A stretch of 64,000 nucleotides of DNA, taken from the NCBI RefSeq assembly GCF_009914755.1, contig NC_060931.1; one strand, 5' to 3'. Each line of letters starts with the position of its first letter. Position 1 is the first letter of the stretch. The translations under genes were made by a program, and so were the position numbers. The DNA is from the human T2T-CHM13v2.0 reference genome, Homo sapiens. A model generated the notes under the pieces. It had not been told where the DNA came from. It did no database searches and saw only the letters and a program-made list of their open reading frames with translations. Of the stretch, positions 50,586-64,000 are shown piece by piece.

Positions 50586-50997
50586 TGAATTAGGCTGTTC
50601 TTGTATTGCTATAAAGAAATTCCTGAGGCTGGGTAATTTATAAAGAAAAGAGGTTTGATTGGCTCATAATTCTGCAGACAGCACAAGAAGAGAGGTGCTG
50701 GTGTCTGCTCCTGGTGAGAGCCTCAGGAGGCTTACTATCGTGGCAGAAGGTGAAGGGTGAGCAGACATCTTAATGATGAGAGTGGGAGCAAGAGAGGGGA
50801 GGTGTCACACACTTTTAAAAGCCAGGTCTTGTGAGAACTATCTCATTATTATGAGGACAGCACCAAGGAGATGGCACTAAGCCATTCATGAGAAATCTGC
50901 CTCATGATTCAATGACCTCCTACCACTCCCCAACTCCAACACTGGGGACTCCATTTTAAAATGAGACTTAAAAGGAACAATATCCAAACTCTATCAG
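50586..50997 (-). mobile_element. MST (MSTB-like) MaLR solo LTR
   Basis: ttaggctgttcttgtattgctataaagaaattcctgaggctgggtaatttataaagaaaagagg...atccaaactctatca. Confidence 0.9.
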
Positions 50998-52030
50998 TAC
51001 CATAGTTTGTTTTTCCATTCACCTATTGAAATACATCTTAGATACTTCTGGGGTTTAACAATTATGAATACAGATGCTATAAACATTTGTATATAGGTTT
51101 TGGGTTAGCATAAGTTTTTAACTCATTTGGTTAAATACCAAGGAAAGCAATATGCTGGGTTATGTGGGAAGTATGCACTTAGTTTTATAGGAAATTTCCA
51201 AACAGTCTACCAAAGTGGCTGTACCATTTGTATTCCCACCTGCAATGAAGGAGAGTTCCTGTTGCTCCATATCCTTACCAGTATTTAGTTTTGTCAGTGT
51301 TTTAAATTTTCAACATTTTAATAGGTATACAAGGGTATTTCATTCTTACTTGAATATGAAATTTTCTGATGACAGATGATGTTGAGAATATTTCCATGTG
51401 CTTTCTTGCCATCTGTATATCTTCTTTGGTAAGGTGTCTCTTCACATATTTTGTCCACTTTTTTAATGCTTTTTTGCTCATTGTTGAGTATTAAGAGTTA
51501 CTTGTATATTTTCTACAAGTTATTTTTTTATATTTGTTTTGTAAATATTTCTTCTAGTCTGTGGCTTATCTTTTCATTTTTTTAAACTTCAGTTTTAATG
51601 AAGTTCAACCTATCAATTTGTTTTTTGATGGATTATTCTTTTAATCCAAAAAGGCATTGCCAATCACAAGGTCACCTGTAAAGTCTTCTGTTTTCCTCTA
51701 AGGATTTTATAATTTTGCACTTAACATGTAAGTCTATGATCCAGCTGAGTTAACTGCATAAAATGTAGTATCTCTGTTCAGGTTTGGGGCTTTTGTTTGT
51801 TTGTTTTTTGTATTTTTGCATGTTCAGTTATCCCAGCATCATTTACTGAAAATATTAGCTTTTTTCCATTAAATTTCCACTGCTCCTTTGTCTAAGATCA
51901 GTTGACTATAATTGTTTGGAATTTTTTAGGGGCTCCCTCTTCTATTCTTTTGATCTATTTATCTATTCTTTGGCCAATATGACACAGCTGTAATTACTGC
52001 AGCTTTATAAAAAGGCTTGAAGTTGGATAG

Positions 52031-52402
52031 TGTATTCGTCCATTTTCACACTGCTATAAAGAACTGCCCGAGATTGGGCAATTTATAAGAGAAAGAAGTT
52101 CAATTGATTCTCAGCTCAGCATGGCTAAGGAGGCCTCAGGAAACTTACAAAAATGGCAGAAGGCAAAAGGGAAGCAAGGCACCTTCTTCACAGGCAGCAG
52201 GAAGGAGAATGAATGCAGGAGGAACTACCAAACACTTATAAAACCATCAGATCTCATGAGAATCCACTCATCATCACAAGAACAGCATGGAGGAAACCGC
52301 CCCCATGATTCAATTACTGTCACCTGGTCTCTCCTTTGACAGGTGGGGATTATTTATAATTCAAGGTGAGATTTTGGGTGGGGACACAACCAAACCACAT
52401 CA
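52031..52402 (-). mobile_element. THE1D/MSTA-like MaLR solo LTR
   Basis: tgtattcgtccattttcacactgctataaagaac...ggggacacaaccaaaccacatca, with 5-bp TSD GATAG/GATAA. Confidence 0.9.
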
Positions 52403-54515
52403 GATAATGTCAGTCATTCATCTTTATTCCTCTTTTTCAACGTTGTGTGGCTACTCTGGGTCTTTTGTCTTTCCATATAAACTGTAAAATCAGTTTGTCG
52501 TATCCACAAATAACTTGTTAAAATTTGATTGGGGTTGTATTGAACCTATAGGTAAATTTAGAAGTTCCTGAAATCTTGACAATAAGTGAGATTTCCCATG
52601 TGCATGGAATATCTCTCCATTATTTAGATCTTCTTTGATTTCTTTCATCGAAGTTTTTCAGTTCCCTTTGTATAGATCTTGTACATATTTTGTTAGATGT
52701 ATACCTAAGTACTTATTTTTTAGTGCTAATGTAAATGGAATAATATTTTTTAATTTCAAGTTCCAATTGCTCATTTCTGGTGTAAGAAAGCAATTTGTAT
52801 GTTAACCTTATATCCTACAACACAACCTTGCTATATAGTTTATTAATTTCAGAAGTATTTTTGATAATTTGGGGGGATTTTCTACATGAATAGTCATGTC
52901 ACCTGTGAAGAAAAGCAATTTTATTTCTTCTTCCCCAATCTGCATACTTTTTATTTCCTTTTATTTTCTTACTGCATTAGCAAGGACTTACCATACAATG
53001 TTGAATAGAAGTGGTAAAAGAGACACACTTGCCATGTTCCTGATTTTAGTGTAAAGTATTAATTTCTTCTTATGACATATGTTACCTGTAGGTTATTTGT
53101 AGATCTTCTTTATAAAGTTGAGAAAGTTCTACCCTATCCTTACTTTGCTTAGAGATTTTCTTCATAATGAACGTGTGTTAAAATTTGTCAAATCCTCTCT
53201 TTGCATCAATTGATATGATTATAGATTTTTCTTCTTTAACCTGTTTATTTGATGGATTACATTAATTGATTTTTGAATGTTGACTCAACCTTGCATACCA
53301 TATAAATCTCACTTGATCATAATGCATTATGATCATTGTAATATCAGTATTATGATCAGTATACATTATAAAACTCTATTTGGTAATATTTTGCTGAGGA
53401 CATTTGCACATATGTTCTTGAGTGGTATTGCTCTGTAGTTTTCCCTACTTGTAATGTGTTGTCTAGTTTTGGTATTATGGTAATACTGGCCTCCTAGAAT
53501 TAGTTGGGGAATATTCAGTCTACTTTCATTTCTTGGAACAGATTGTATAGAATTGGTATAATTTCTTCCCTAAATGTTTAGAATTCACCAGTGAAGCCAT
53601 CAGGGCCTTGTACTTTTTGTTCGGGAAAGTTATTAATTCTTGATTCAATTTCTTTAATAGATGTCAGCTTATTCAGATTATCTATTTCACCTTTTGTGAA
53701 TTTTGATGGATTTTGCCTTTCAAAGAATAGTTCTACATTATCTAGTTAATCATATTTTTAAGCATAGAATTGTTCAAAATATACCTTTATTATCCTGTTA
53801 ATGACCATGGGATCAATAATGGCCACTTCTTCAACTCTGTATTAGTAATTTATGTCTTCTTTCTTTGTTTCTTAGTTAATGTGGCTAGAGGGCTATCAAT
53901 TGTACTGATCTTCTCTATTGATTTTTCTGTTTTCAATTTCATTGATTTTTGCTCTGATGTTTATTATTGCCTTTTTTGTTCTTTGCACTAATTTGCTTTT
54001 CCTTTTTAGTTTCTCAAAATGGAAACTTACGTAGAAGCGTAGATTATTGATTTTCTTTCTTCTAATGTATGCATTGAATGCTATAAGTTTCTCTTTAAGC
54101 ACTGCTTTACTTCATCACACAAGTTTTTATATAAATTGTATTTTTATTTTAACAATATTGTAAATATCTCTTGAGATTTCTTTGACCCAGGCATTTTTTT
54201 AAGAAACGTTTTGTTAAAATTTCCAATTATTGGGATTTTCCTGATGTCTTTCTGTTATTGATAACCAGCTTAATTCCACTGTGGCATGAGAGCATACTTT
54301 GTATAATTTCTATTCTTTTACTTTTGGTAAGGTGTGTTTTGTGGCTCTGAATATGGTCTACATTGTTGAATGTTTTATGTGAACTTAAAAAATGTGTGTT
54401 CTCTTATTGCTAGATGAAGTAATCTGTACATTTCAGTTAGGTCTAGTTGATTCATGGTGCTATTCAGTTCAGCTGTATTCCTACTAATTTTCTGCCTGCT
54501 GGAACTGTCCATTAT

Positions 54516-56261
54516 AGATTTGGATTATAATCCTGAAAGACAAAAATCCCAAACACTATAATTTCAAATGTTGAAATGCCAAAAGATCAAAATCTCCAAC
54601 GTCTAAAATAGCTAATGTCTAAAATCCCAAAAATCACAATCTTAATATATTAAAATTCTGAATTATGAAAACCTGAATTCTGGGGAAGAGGTCAGTGCAT
54701 ATTCAGATGTATGCAGGATAGTTGCATCCTGATAGTTGCATCATGTTAGGCAAAATTATTACCTTGGTATTGTCTTCATTTGCATTTGGTGGAAAACTCA
54801 GATGAGTGGACTGGCCACGTGATACAGACCCGAAAAAGCTTTTGTTTAAAAATATGTCATTTGTCTGCATTAGCATTTCTCCCAGCTGATGAAATTCCAG
54901 AAGTTTTTATTGAATTAAGGACACATTTGTCTGAAGAAGCCAGCAAAGTTAACGACTAATTTGAAAATAATTATAAGCGCAGTAGATTAGAAGACATGTA
55001 TGCAATGGAATTGCTGTTCAATCACCAGTATTTTTGCTGAGAAATTCATGGTCAGTATATGAGTGCATGCAGAATGGATTTTAGCATAACCAGAACAACA
55101 AAGAAGCATGCCACAGAAAATAGAAACATTTAATTGGGAATGCTCACGTCAAAGTATATAGAATCACAGAAGAATTTCAAAAAGACCAATGCCATGTAGA
55201 CTATGAATGTGAACATAGTCTCCAAGGAAAGCCATGCTCTAAAAGAACAAAAGCAGCTATTCAACACGATGCAAGGCTTCAAAAAATAGTTAACGATAAT
55301 CAAAGTTGGCCAGCTTTTATGGATTACCTCTGGGCAACTGCCCACAACTTAGTCCTGTAATACACTTTTTCATATGTCAAATATTCTTTTTAGTTTTTTT
55401 TGCATTTCTTCTCCTTTGTTTTTCTTGTTTTAATTTTTTCCACTATTTTATATTGTCAGCATTATTTTTTACAATAACTATACTGTGTATTTCATCTTCA
55501 TTCCCAATACTGGAGGAATAAATTGTGTAAAGACTTTTAAATAGTTCTAATTTATTTTATGCATTTTTTGCAAATTTGAGTTTTTGAAAGTGCATTATAA
55601 CAACATTGACTTTATGTTTAAGCATTTTGAGTGTACATAAAAAACATTGAAACTTCCTCAGTAAATTACAAGAAGTCCTTTTGCACATCTGCATTTGTGA
55701 GAGATAACATTTCTTGAGGTCGTAGCTTCTTGGATGACTGGTATAATGATGCAACGTGTCACTCCCAGGGTTTTTGCTTGATCTTGCCAAAAGACTTAGG
55801 TTTTCCATTACAATATTTAATATGACTGAAGTTATAAATTTCGGTGTACACACAATTACCAACCATAGTGACATGCGTTTATACATTTTGCTTTTTGACC
55901 TATTTCTTTCTGAACACAACTTGTCAGTTCAAAACTGTTATACCCACGCAACTGTCATTAGTATACTTGAGTGTTCATGTTTGCAAAAATATGTATCTTA
56001 TTGCCTATTTTATTGCATAAACTGGCCTATAATGCATTCTGTCGTGTTTTCATGTTTCTTAAATAAATCTCCTTTAAAAATGTAAATAAATATCTTCTTT
56101 AAAAATTTTAAGTTATTTTTTCCAGAATTATATTTTTGGGATTTTGATCTTTCAGGATTATAATTTTCTAGACTTCATTTAAGGATTTTGACCCTCTGGG
56201 ATTTCAACAGTCAGGATTATGGAGTTTGAGATTGTGTCTTTGAGGATTGTGATTCGCTCCC
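54516..56261 (+). mobile_element. Ricksha-type MULE/MuDR DNA transposon with long TIRs and a transposase remnant
   Basis: Left end gatttggattataatcctgaaagacaaaaatccc is inversely similar to right end gattgtgtctttgaggattgtgattcgctccc. 9-bp TSD GTCCATTAT/ATCCATTAC. Internal peptide HLSALAFLPADEIP at about 54858. Confidence 0.85.
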
Positions 56262-56459
56262 ATCCATTACTAACAGAGGGGTGCATTTATGTATCTCCCT
56301 CATAGTTCTTTCAGTTTCTGTCTCATGTATTTTGACACTTTACTAGGTACATACACATTAAGGATTATGTCTTCTTGGGGAATTGATCATTTTAGTACTA
56401 TTTATTAACTCTACCCTTGACAATTTTCCTTGCACTGAAGTCTGCTCTGTTTGAAATTA

Positions 56460-57718
56460 ATTCATTTAAGCCTTTAATCCATTTTGAGTTTATTTATTTT
56501 TGTATGTGATGTGGGTTAATATACAAAAGATAAGGGTGCAATTTATGCATGTAGATATGCAGTTTTCCTAGACCATTTATTGAAGACTATCATTTCTCCA
56601 TTGTGTGTTCTTGGCACCGTTGTCAAACATCAGTTGACCATAGATGTGTGGATTTATTTCTGGCTCTCTATTCTGTTCCATTGGTCTACATGTCTTGTTT
56701 TTATGCCAGTTCCACACTGTTTAGTTTATTAAAGCTTTGTAATATATTTTGAAATCAACAATTGTGGTGCCTCTAGCTTTGTTATTATTAAAGATTGTTT
56801 TGGCTATTTAGAATTTTGTGGTTCCATTCATACACACACACACCATTTTCCTTATTTATTCATTTGTATATACACACAATAAAATATTATTCATTCATTT
56901 GTATACACACACACAATAGAATATCATTCAATCTTCAAAAGGGGAAATCCTGCCATTTGTGATAATGTGAATGAACCAGAGGACATTATGTTAAGTGAAA
57001 CAAGCCAGACATAGACAAATAATGCATGATCTCACTTATATGTAAAATGCAAAATAGTCGAACTCATAGAAACAGGGAGTAGAATGGTTGCTGCGATGTG
57101 CTGGGGGGAGAGAAAAATGGGAGCGTATTGGTGAAAGGGTTAAAAATTTCTGTTATAGAAGATTAATAAGGCCAGGTGCAGTGGCTCACACCTGTAATCC
57201 CAGCACTTGGGAGGCTGATGTGGGTGGGCCACTTGAGGCCAGGAGTTCGAGATCAGCCTGGCCAACATAGTGAAAACCCATGTCTACTAAAAAATACAAA
57301 ACTTAGCTGGGTGTGGTTGTGCACACCTGTAATCCCAGCTACTTGGGTGGCTGAGGCACAAGAATCACTTGAACCTGGGAGGCAGAGGTTGCAGTGAGCA
57401 GAGATCACGCCATACACCAGCCTGGACAACAGAGCTGACACTGTTAAAAACAAAAACAAAAACAAGAATAAATACTGGAGCTCTAATGTACAACAATTTG
57501 ACTATAGTCAATAATACTGTAATGTATACTTGAAGTTTGTTAAGATCTTAGGTGTTCTCACCACACTCACACAAAAGGTAACTATGTGAGATGATGAGTA
57601 TCTTAATTAGTTTAATTGTGGTGATTATTTCAGTATATATAGATATTAAAATATCAAGTTGTACATCTTAAATATATGCTTTTTGTCAATTATACTTCAG
57701 TAAAGTTGGAATAAAAAA
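56460..57718 (+). mobile_element. L1MA 3' end (about 56870-57718, +) with an adjacent antisense ORF2 segment (56460-56830), probably a 5'-inverted insertion
   Basis: The antisense L1 switches to a sense 3' UTR (ggaaatcctgccatttgtg, gaggacattatgttaagtgaaa, ggtaactatgtgagatgatg). Confidence 0.7.
57170..57465 (+). mobile_element. Alu (older S/J type) inserted in L1MA
   Basis: ggccaggtgcagtggctcacacctgtaatcc... with an (AAAAAC)n tail. Confidence 0.95.
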
Positions 57719-57734
57719 GGCGGTTAGAAATAGC

Positions 57735-58850
57735 CTTCACAAAAATTGAAAGGTCTGCCACCCTAGTGAAATTTCTGAGGTCCAATATTTGAGACATGTT
57801 GCAATATTACCTTTAAAGTAAAGGAAACATTTCTGCCACTGTTAACACTGAGAGACACAATGTTTGTGGGACCCTTTAAAACTCTTGAGGTAATATATGC
57901 CACATTTTAATGTTCATTTCTAATAAAATTATTGAACAATCCATAGACTTGCAATTTAGAATGGGGACCAGAACAAGAGAAGATTCTGCACCTAGCCAAA
58001 ATGGGTCAAATGAAACTCATAAGTATGAGTGTGGAAAATAAAGATGCAGTATGGTTATGTTTAAAAATTTCTAAATGAAAACAAACATCTTGCTTGGAGC
58101 AAAATCATTTTCTCTAGCAAACATAACTCCTCTTTTGAGACACAGCTCTTCTGGCTCAATACTGAACCCTGGTAGAAACCATGTGCCCCAACATGGTACT
58201 GTAAGTCAAGGCTCTCCAACTCCTGGGCCATGGACTAGTACTGGTCTATGACCTGTTAGGAACTGGGCTGCAGAGCAAGAGGTGAGCAGCAGGTGAGTGA
58301 GTGAAGCTTCATCTGTATTTCCAGTCACTCTCCATTGCTTGCATTACCTTCTGAGCTCACCCTCCTGTCAGATCAGTGGCAGCATTAGATTCTCATAGAA
58401 GTGCAAACCCTTCCAAACTGCACATGCAAGGGATCTACACTGCATGCTCCTTATGAGAATCTAATGCCTGATGATCTGTCACTGTCTCCCATCACCCTGA
58501 GATGGCACCATCTTGTTGTGGGAAAACAAGCTCAGGGCTCCCACTGATTCTACATTATGGTGAGTTGTATAATTATTTCATTATATATCACAATGTAATA
58601 ATAACAGAAATAAAGTGCACAATAAATGTAAGCACCTGAATCATCCCCAAACCATTTCCCCTGACCCCCATTCATGGAAAAATTGTCTTCCACAAAACCA
58701 CACCCTGGTGCCACAAAGGATGGGGACCACTGCTCTAAGTGACCATACAGCCTGTGATTCCCAGAAGGAACAAAAATTATCAGGTCCATTAAAACATAAA
58801 TTTGGGCATGCAAAGAAGCACTCCGTTATCAAATGGAAGTTATACAGATG
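57735..58850 (+). mobile_element. ERVL pol remnant split by MER1A
   Basis: Peptides SATLVKFL, EWGPEQEKIL and KHKFGHAKKHSVIKWKLY resemble HERV-L pol. Confidence 0.7.
58207..58732 (+). mobile_element. MER1A hAT-Charlie element, full length
   Basis: TIRs caaggctctccaac...ggatggggaccactg, 8-bp TSD CTGTAAGT/CTCTAAGT, about 526 bp long. Confidence 0.9.
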
Positions 58851-60099
58851 ATATTAATATATTTATTTTGTTTTTTAATGATAGTCTATTAAAATATTTG
58901 TTTAGATAGACCTTTTATAAAACAACTACTTTTTAAATATTTTATAGATCTCTGGTCATCTTGGTCTATGAATTTATAATGCAGTGTGGTCAATGGTTAC
59001 CTGACTGTGCAGTGTGTTAGGGGATCAGCTGAAGCCCAGACTTTAGTGTTATGTCACACCTGAAGAGCTTGCAAAGGAAAAGGAAGATGACCTCTCAGTG
59101 TAGAGCACATGAACTGAAAGCTATAATCTGTCAACTCTCACACTGCCAACAAATTTCTTGATTCGCAGATTTTATTGAAGCAATGTTATGTAGCAATCTG
59201 CTTAGACTATAACATGTGCCTAGGATTTTGCAGAAGCCATTGTTGGTTCTTTTCTGTTTCCCTCAGATAATCATTCCTGTAGCGTTTTTAAGATGCTTTG
59301 ATTTTATTTTTAAGAACACTAAAGTAGTATCATGATTCTCTGCATTTTCTGAGAGGCAGATCTAGATGATCCTAAAAGCACAGTAGAAGCAAGCTTAGAA
59401 CTCCCAAAAATACTCTCTCATCTTGCCTATGCACATCCTACCAGCCTGGATATTATGCAAGAGAAGAGCACCACCCATCTTATATGCCTGATAAAAACAT
59501 TTTTTCCTTTCTAGAAGTTTCTCGCCATTCTTCCCTAATCTGCTTTTTTTCTCCTTTGTGATAACTGTGTTAATCTTGGGGAAATTAGTCCTTGGTAGTT
59601 TAGCAACATGGTAAAAAGTCTTAGGTTAATAATTGTGTCCTGAGTGTTGAAGTTTGCTTCGTTTCATTCTTCTCCCTCAGCCCATAAGCAGAATCATTTC
59701 CTTAGAGCCAAAGTTGTGAACATATTTTTCTCATTTGCACTGAGAGCCAATTTCCCTGTGTAATTCTGCTTTGTTGATTCCTTATATTAAGTTTTTATTA
59801 GTTGCATCATTCTTTGGAATATTTTACACGAGCTGATATGACCTCTTTATATGATGTAATATGATATAAAGAATGCTTCAGCTATCTTCATCTTGTGTCT
59901 TCCATCGTACTAAACTCTCTGCTACTCATGTATTCACTGTCTTTATTTGTGAAACACAAATGTAATACATATATTGAAGTTTGTTTGAGGTTTACATGAG
60001 CTTTATCTTGCATAACTTCATTTAAGGGGATCTGGACATTTTTGAGAAAATAGGTACTGTTGAAAGGTCTCTAACAAGATAAATTACAAAAGGTAGCAT

Positions 60100-60555
60100 G
60101 AGCACTATTCACGATAGCAAAGAAATGGAATCAACCTGAGTGCCCGTTGACAGTGGATAGGATAAAGCAAGTGTTGTACAAATACACCATGGAATATTAT
60201 GTATTCATAAAAAGAATGAAATTGTGTCCTTTGCAGCAATACAGATGCAACTGGAGCCCTAATCCTAGGCAAATTAATGAAGGAACAGAAAACCAAATAC
60301 CGCATATTCTCACTTATAAGTGGGAGCTAAACAATGGATACACATGGACATAAAGATGGCAACAGTAGAAGCTGGGGACTACTAGAGGGGGGGAATTTAA
60401 CTATTGGATACTATGCTCATAGCTGGGTGACAAGATCATTTATATATCAAACCTCAGCATCACGTAATATACGCAGGTAGCAAACCTGCACATGTATTCC
60501 CTGAGTCTAAAATAAAAGTTGGAAGATAAAAAATAAGTAAATATAAATAAATAAT
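60100..60555 (+). mobile_element. L1PB/old L1PA 3' end
   Basis: gcactattcacgatagcaaag...ttctcacttataagtgggagctaaac...aaacctgcacatgta...aaataaaagttgg followed by an A-rich tail. Confidence 0.9.
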
Positions 60556-60561
60556 AGCATA

Positions 60562-62787
60562 TGATATGGTTTGGCTATGTCCGCACCCAAATCTCATTTG
60601 AATTCCCATATGTTGTGGGAGGGATCCAGTGGGAGGTAATTGAATCATGCAGGCAGGTCTTTCCTCTGCTGTTCTTGTGATAGTGAATAAGTCTCACAAG
60701 ATGTGAGGGTTCTGTAAGGGGGAGTTTCCCTGCACAAGATTTCTCTTCTCTTGTCTGCCACCATGTGAGATGTGCCTTTTACCTTCCACCATGATTATGA
60801 GGCCTCCCCAGCCACATGGAACTGTAAGTCCAATAAACCTTTCTCTTGTAAATTGCCCAGTCTCAGGTATGTCTTCATCAGCAGCATGAAAACAAACTAA
60901 TACAGTAAATTGGTAGCACAAGTGGGGTGCTGCTGAAAAGATACCCAAAAATGTGGAAGCAACTTTGGAACCAGGTAACAGGCAGAGGTTGGAACAGTTT
61001 GAAGGGCTCAGAAGAAGACAGGAAAATGTGGGAAAGTTGGAAACTCCATAGAGACTTGTTGAATGGCTTTGACCAAAATGCTGATAATGATATGAACAGT
61101 GAAATCCAGGCTGAGGTGGTCTCAGATGGAGATGAGGAACTTATTGGGAGCTGGAGCAAAGATGACTCTTGTTATGTTTTAGCAAAGAGACTGGTGGCAT
61201 TTTGCCCCTGCCATAGAGATTTGTGGAACTGTGAACTTGAGAGAGAATATTTAGAGTATATGGTGGAAGAAATTTCTAAGCAGCAAAGCATTCAAGAGGT
61301 GACTTGGGTGCTGTTAAAGGCATTCAGTTTATAAGGGAAGTAAAGCATAAAAGTTTGGAAAATATGCAGCCCGGCAATGCAATAGAAAAGAAAATCCCAT
61401 TTTCTGAGAAATCCAAGCCAGCTGCAGAAATTTGCATAAGTAATAAGGAGCTGAATGTTAATCGCCAAGACAATGGGGAAAATGTCTCCAGGGCATGTCA
61501 GAGGTCTTCACGGCAGCCCCTCCCATCACAGGTCTGGTGGCCTAGGAGGAAAAAGTGGTTTTATGGGCTGGTCCCAGGGTTCCCATGATGCATGCAGCCT
61601 AGGGCCTTGGTGCCCTGCATCCCAGTCACTCCAGCTGTAGCTGAAAGGGGCCAATGTACAGCTCAGGCCACGGCTTCACAGGGTGCAACCCTCAAGCATT
61701 GGCAACTTCCATGTGGTGTTAAGCCTGCCAGTGCACAGAAGTCAAGAATTGGGGTTTGGGAGCCTCTCCTAGATTTCAAAGGATGTATGAAAACTCCTGA
61801 ATGTCTGGGAAGAAGGTTGCTGCAGGGGTGGGGCTCTCATGGAGAACCTCTGCTAGGGTGGTGCAGAAGGGAAATGTGGGGTTGGAGCCCCCACAGAGTC
61901 TCTACTGGGGCACCTCCTAGTGGAGCTGTGAGAAGAGGGCCACCGTCCTCCATACCACAGAATGGTAGATCCACTGACAGCTTGCACTGTGCACCTGGAA
62001 AAGCCACAGACACTCAACATCAGCCCATGAATGCAGCCGGAGGGAGGCTGTACCCTGCAAAACCACAGGAGCGGAGCTGCCCAAGACCATTTGAACCCAT
62101 CTCTTGCATCAGCATGACCTGGAGATCATTTGTGAGCTTCAAGATTTGACTGCCCTGCTGGATTTTGGACTTGCACGGGGCCTCCAGCCCCTTTGTTTTG
62201 ACCAGTTTCTCCCATTTGGAACAGCTGTATTTACCCAATGCCTGTACCTCATTGTATCTAGGAAGTGACTAACTTGCTTTTGATTAAACAGGCTCACAGG
62301 CAGAAGGAATTTGCCTTGTCTCAGATGAGACTTTGGACTGTGGACTTTTGAGTTAATGCTAAGATAAGCCTTTGGGGGACTGTTGGGAGGGCATGATTGG
62401 TTTTGAAATGTGAGGATGAGATTTGGGAGGAGTCAGGGGCAAAATATGGGTTGTCTGTGTCCCCACCCAAATTTCATCTTGAATTCCTACATGTTGTTGG
62501 AGGAACCCAGTGGGAGGTAATTGAATCATGGGGGCAGGCCTTTCCTGTGCTGTTCTTGTGATAGTGAATAAGTCTTATGAGATCTCACGGTTCTATAAGG
62601 GGGAGTTTCCCTGAACAAGCTGTCTCTTCTCTTGTCTGCTGCCATGTGAGTCATGCCTCTCATCTTCTGCCATGATTGTGAGGCCTCCCCAGCCATGTGG
62701 AACTGTAAGCCCAATAAACCTCTTTTTTCTGTAAATTGCCCAGTCTCAGGTATGTCTTTATCAGCAGTGTGAAAGTGAACTAATACG
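60562..62787 (+). mobile_element. Full-length THE1 (THE1B-like) MaLR: LTR 60562-60904, internal region, LTR about 62443-62787
   Basis: Two direct LTRs of about 345 bp, THE1-int peptides (ORFs 60927-62149) and 5-bp TSD GCATA/GCATG. Confidence 0.95.
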
Positions 62788-64000
62788 GCATGGAAGGAAA
62801 ATTATACTATTGGCAGTACACAGGGTCTTGCTACAGCAAGTAAGACACGTGATTCAGAAGAACTCAGCAGGTTTGACAATCCATATGTGAAGAAATAAAA
62901 ATCTGTAATTGAAAATAAGGAGCAAAAAGTGAGAGGAACACAGATACCTCCTGATTGTCAAAAGAGGAAAAACATTCATAAGACATTATCACTTGGGTCT
63001 ATGTTGGGGAAAGAGGGATGTAAACTTTCCATGCAAATTTCACTCATCTTTCCTTATGAAATTCTAGCATGCTCTTCCAATCTGCTTACACTGATTTCCC
63101 TTTCCATGAAATCACATGGAGTAATTTTTACTAATTATTTTAGCATTTAATCATTGCTTTATATTTCTTCTCAACTAGGTAATGCATGTAAATTTTATAT
63201 GACCACTGGGATCATAGGGTCATTAAAGGAGAATATAAGCATGAATATATTTATTATTCTAACAGAGAATATTAAGAACAGAAAACTAATATATGCATAT
63301 TGAATTGAATAAGAAACTAATAACGACTGAATACTGCTAGAGACTGAATTAGGGAATGTGTGAAGAAAAGGATAAATTATACAATATGTTATCTCATTTG
63401 GTTATCATTACAAAATAATTTCCAGAAGATAATGTGCTCGAGTTTCACAGTAATTCTGTACATCTGGTTCATCTATTTCACATCAGCTATCAAGTCATTT
63501 AATTTACCGCTTCTGCTTTCCACTGGTAAAGTATATTTGAAAGAACTAATTTGCATGTCTTAAATATTAATGTGTAAGCTTTATATGGATTTAAATGTGC
63601 TAGGGCAAATGAAAAATAATGTCAATGCCTTCTTATGTCATCTGTCCAATGGGGCAGTATGAGCATCAATTTTAAAACTACTAGACAGTAAAGACGTTTT
63701 GAAGAAATTATTGAGATTAGAGTCATATACTGTAATCCAAAAAATCTTAGAGCAAGAGACAGAAAGAGAAGTTCTTCTCTTCTGGGGTGATGAGTCGTAT
63801 CCAGGGGAACATGAGCAGAAATTTTAGGGGGCTACACAGGACTGGTGAGAGTTGGTAAGCATTGTGGAATGATGTGAAGACTTTCTGAGAGAGAGCACTT
63901 TAAGATCATTTGAAAATGAGTTCAGTAGTTAGAAACAGAAAACGTAGTGTCTGTGTATATAAATCATTCATTGTGCTGGCGATTGTTAGACTGTGGAAAT

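Larger units (their letters stand above)
50040..56460 (-). mobile_element. Long old L1 (L1MC/MD-like) interrupted by two MaLR LTRs and a Ricksha element
   Basis: Antisense L1 3' UTR and ORF2. ORF 53896-54102 (LKEKLIAFNAYIRR) is ORF2-like. The sequence resumes across each insertion. Confidence 0.85.

Noticed and set aside
60927-62238. ORFs of 135, 94 and 185 aa
   Set aside because: They are broken THE1 internal-region frames, common to MaLR elements.

Overview
This is mammalian DNA, recognisably human chr7q35, containing part of the OR2A olfactory receptor cluster in repeat-dense sequence. There are five single-exon OR2A paralogs: OR2A2 (58-1014, +, intact), an OR2A15P-like pseudogene (8926-9825, -), OR2A14 (19586-20515, +, intact), an OR2A13P-like gene (32477-33409, +, broken by one TGG>TAG codon) and an OR2A3P-like gene (47699-48631, +) that has a fully open 310-aa frame here. 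Symbols for the three P-named loci come from my memory of cluster order and need a database check. The rest is L1, Alu, MaLR/ERV LTRs, hAT and MULE DNA transposons and microsatellites. The most interesting signal is that the convergent pair OR2A2 and OR2A15P are reciprocal chimeras of the OR2A14-type and OR2A13P-type lineages. Both switch near TM2 and carry the matching 3' flanks, which fits an intragenic inversion that shuffled receptor halves. Other leads: a candidate EBF/LHX2 promoter with a splice donor about 6 kb upstream of OR2A14, a strong CTCF motif, a splice donor conserved between paralogs, a twin-primed L1PA without a TSD abutting the OR2A15P start codon, and a duplicated ancient LTR-element integrase fossil. 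I found no prokaryote-type systems, CRISPR arrays or structural RNA genes. Identity percentages are by-eye estimates.
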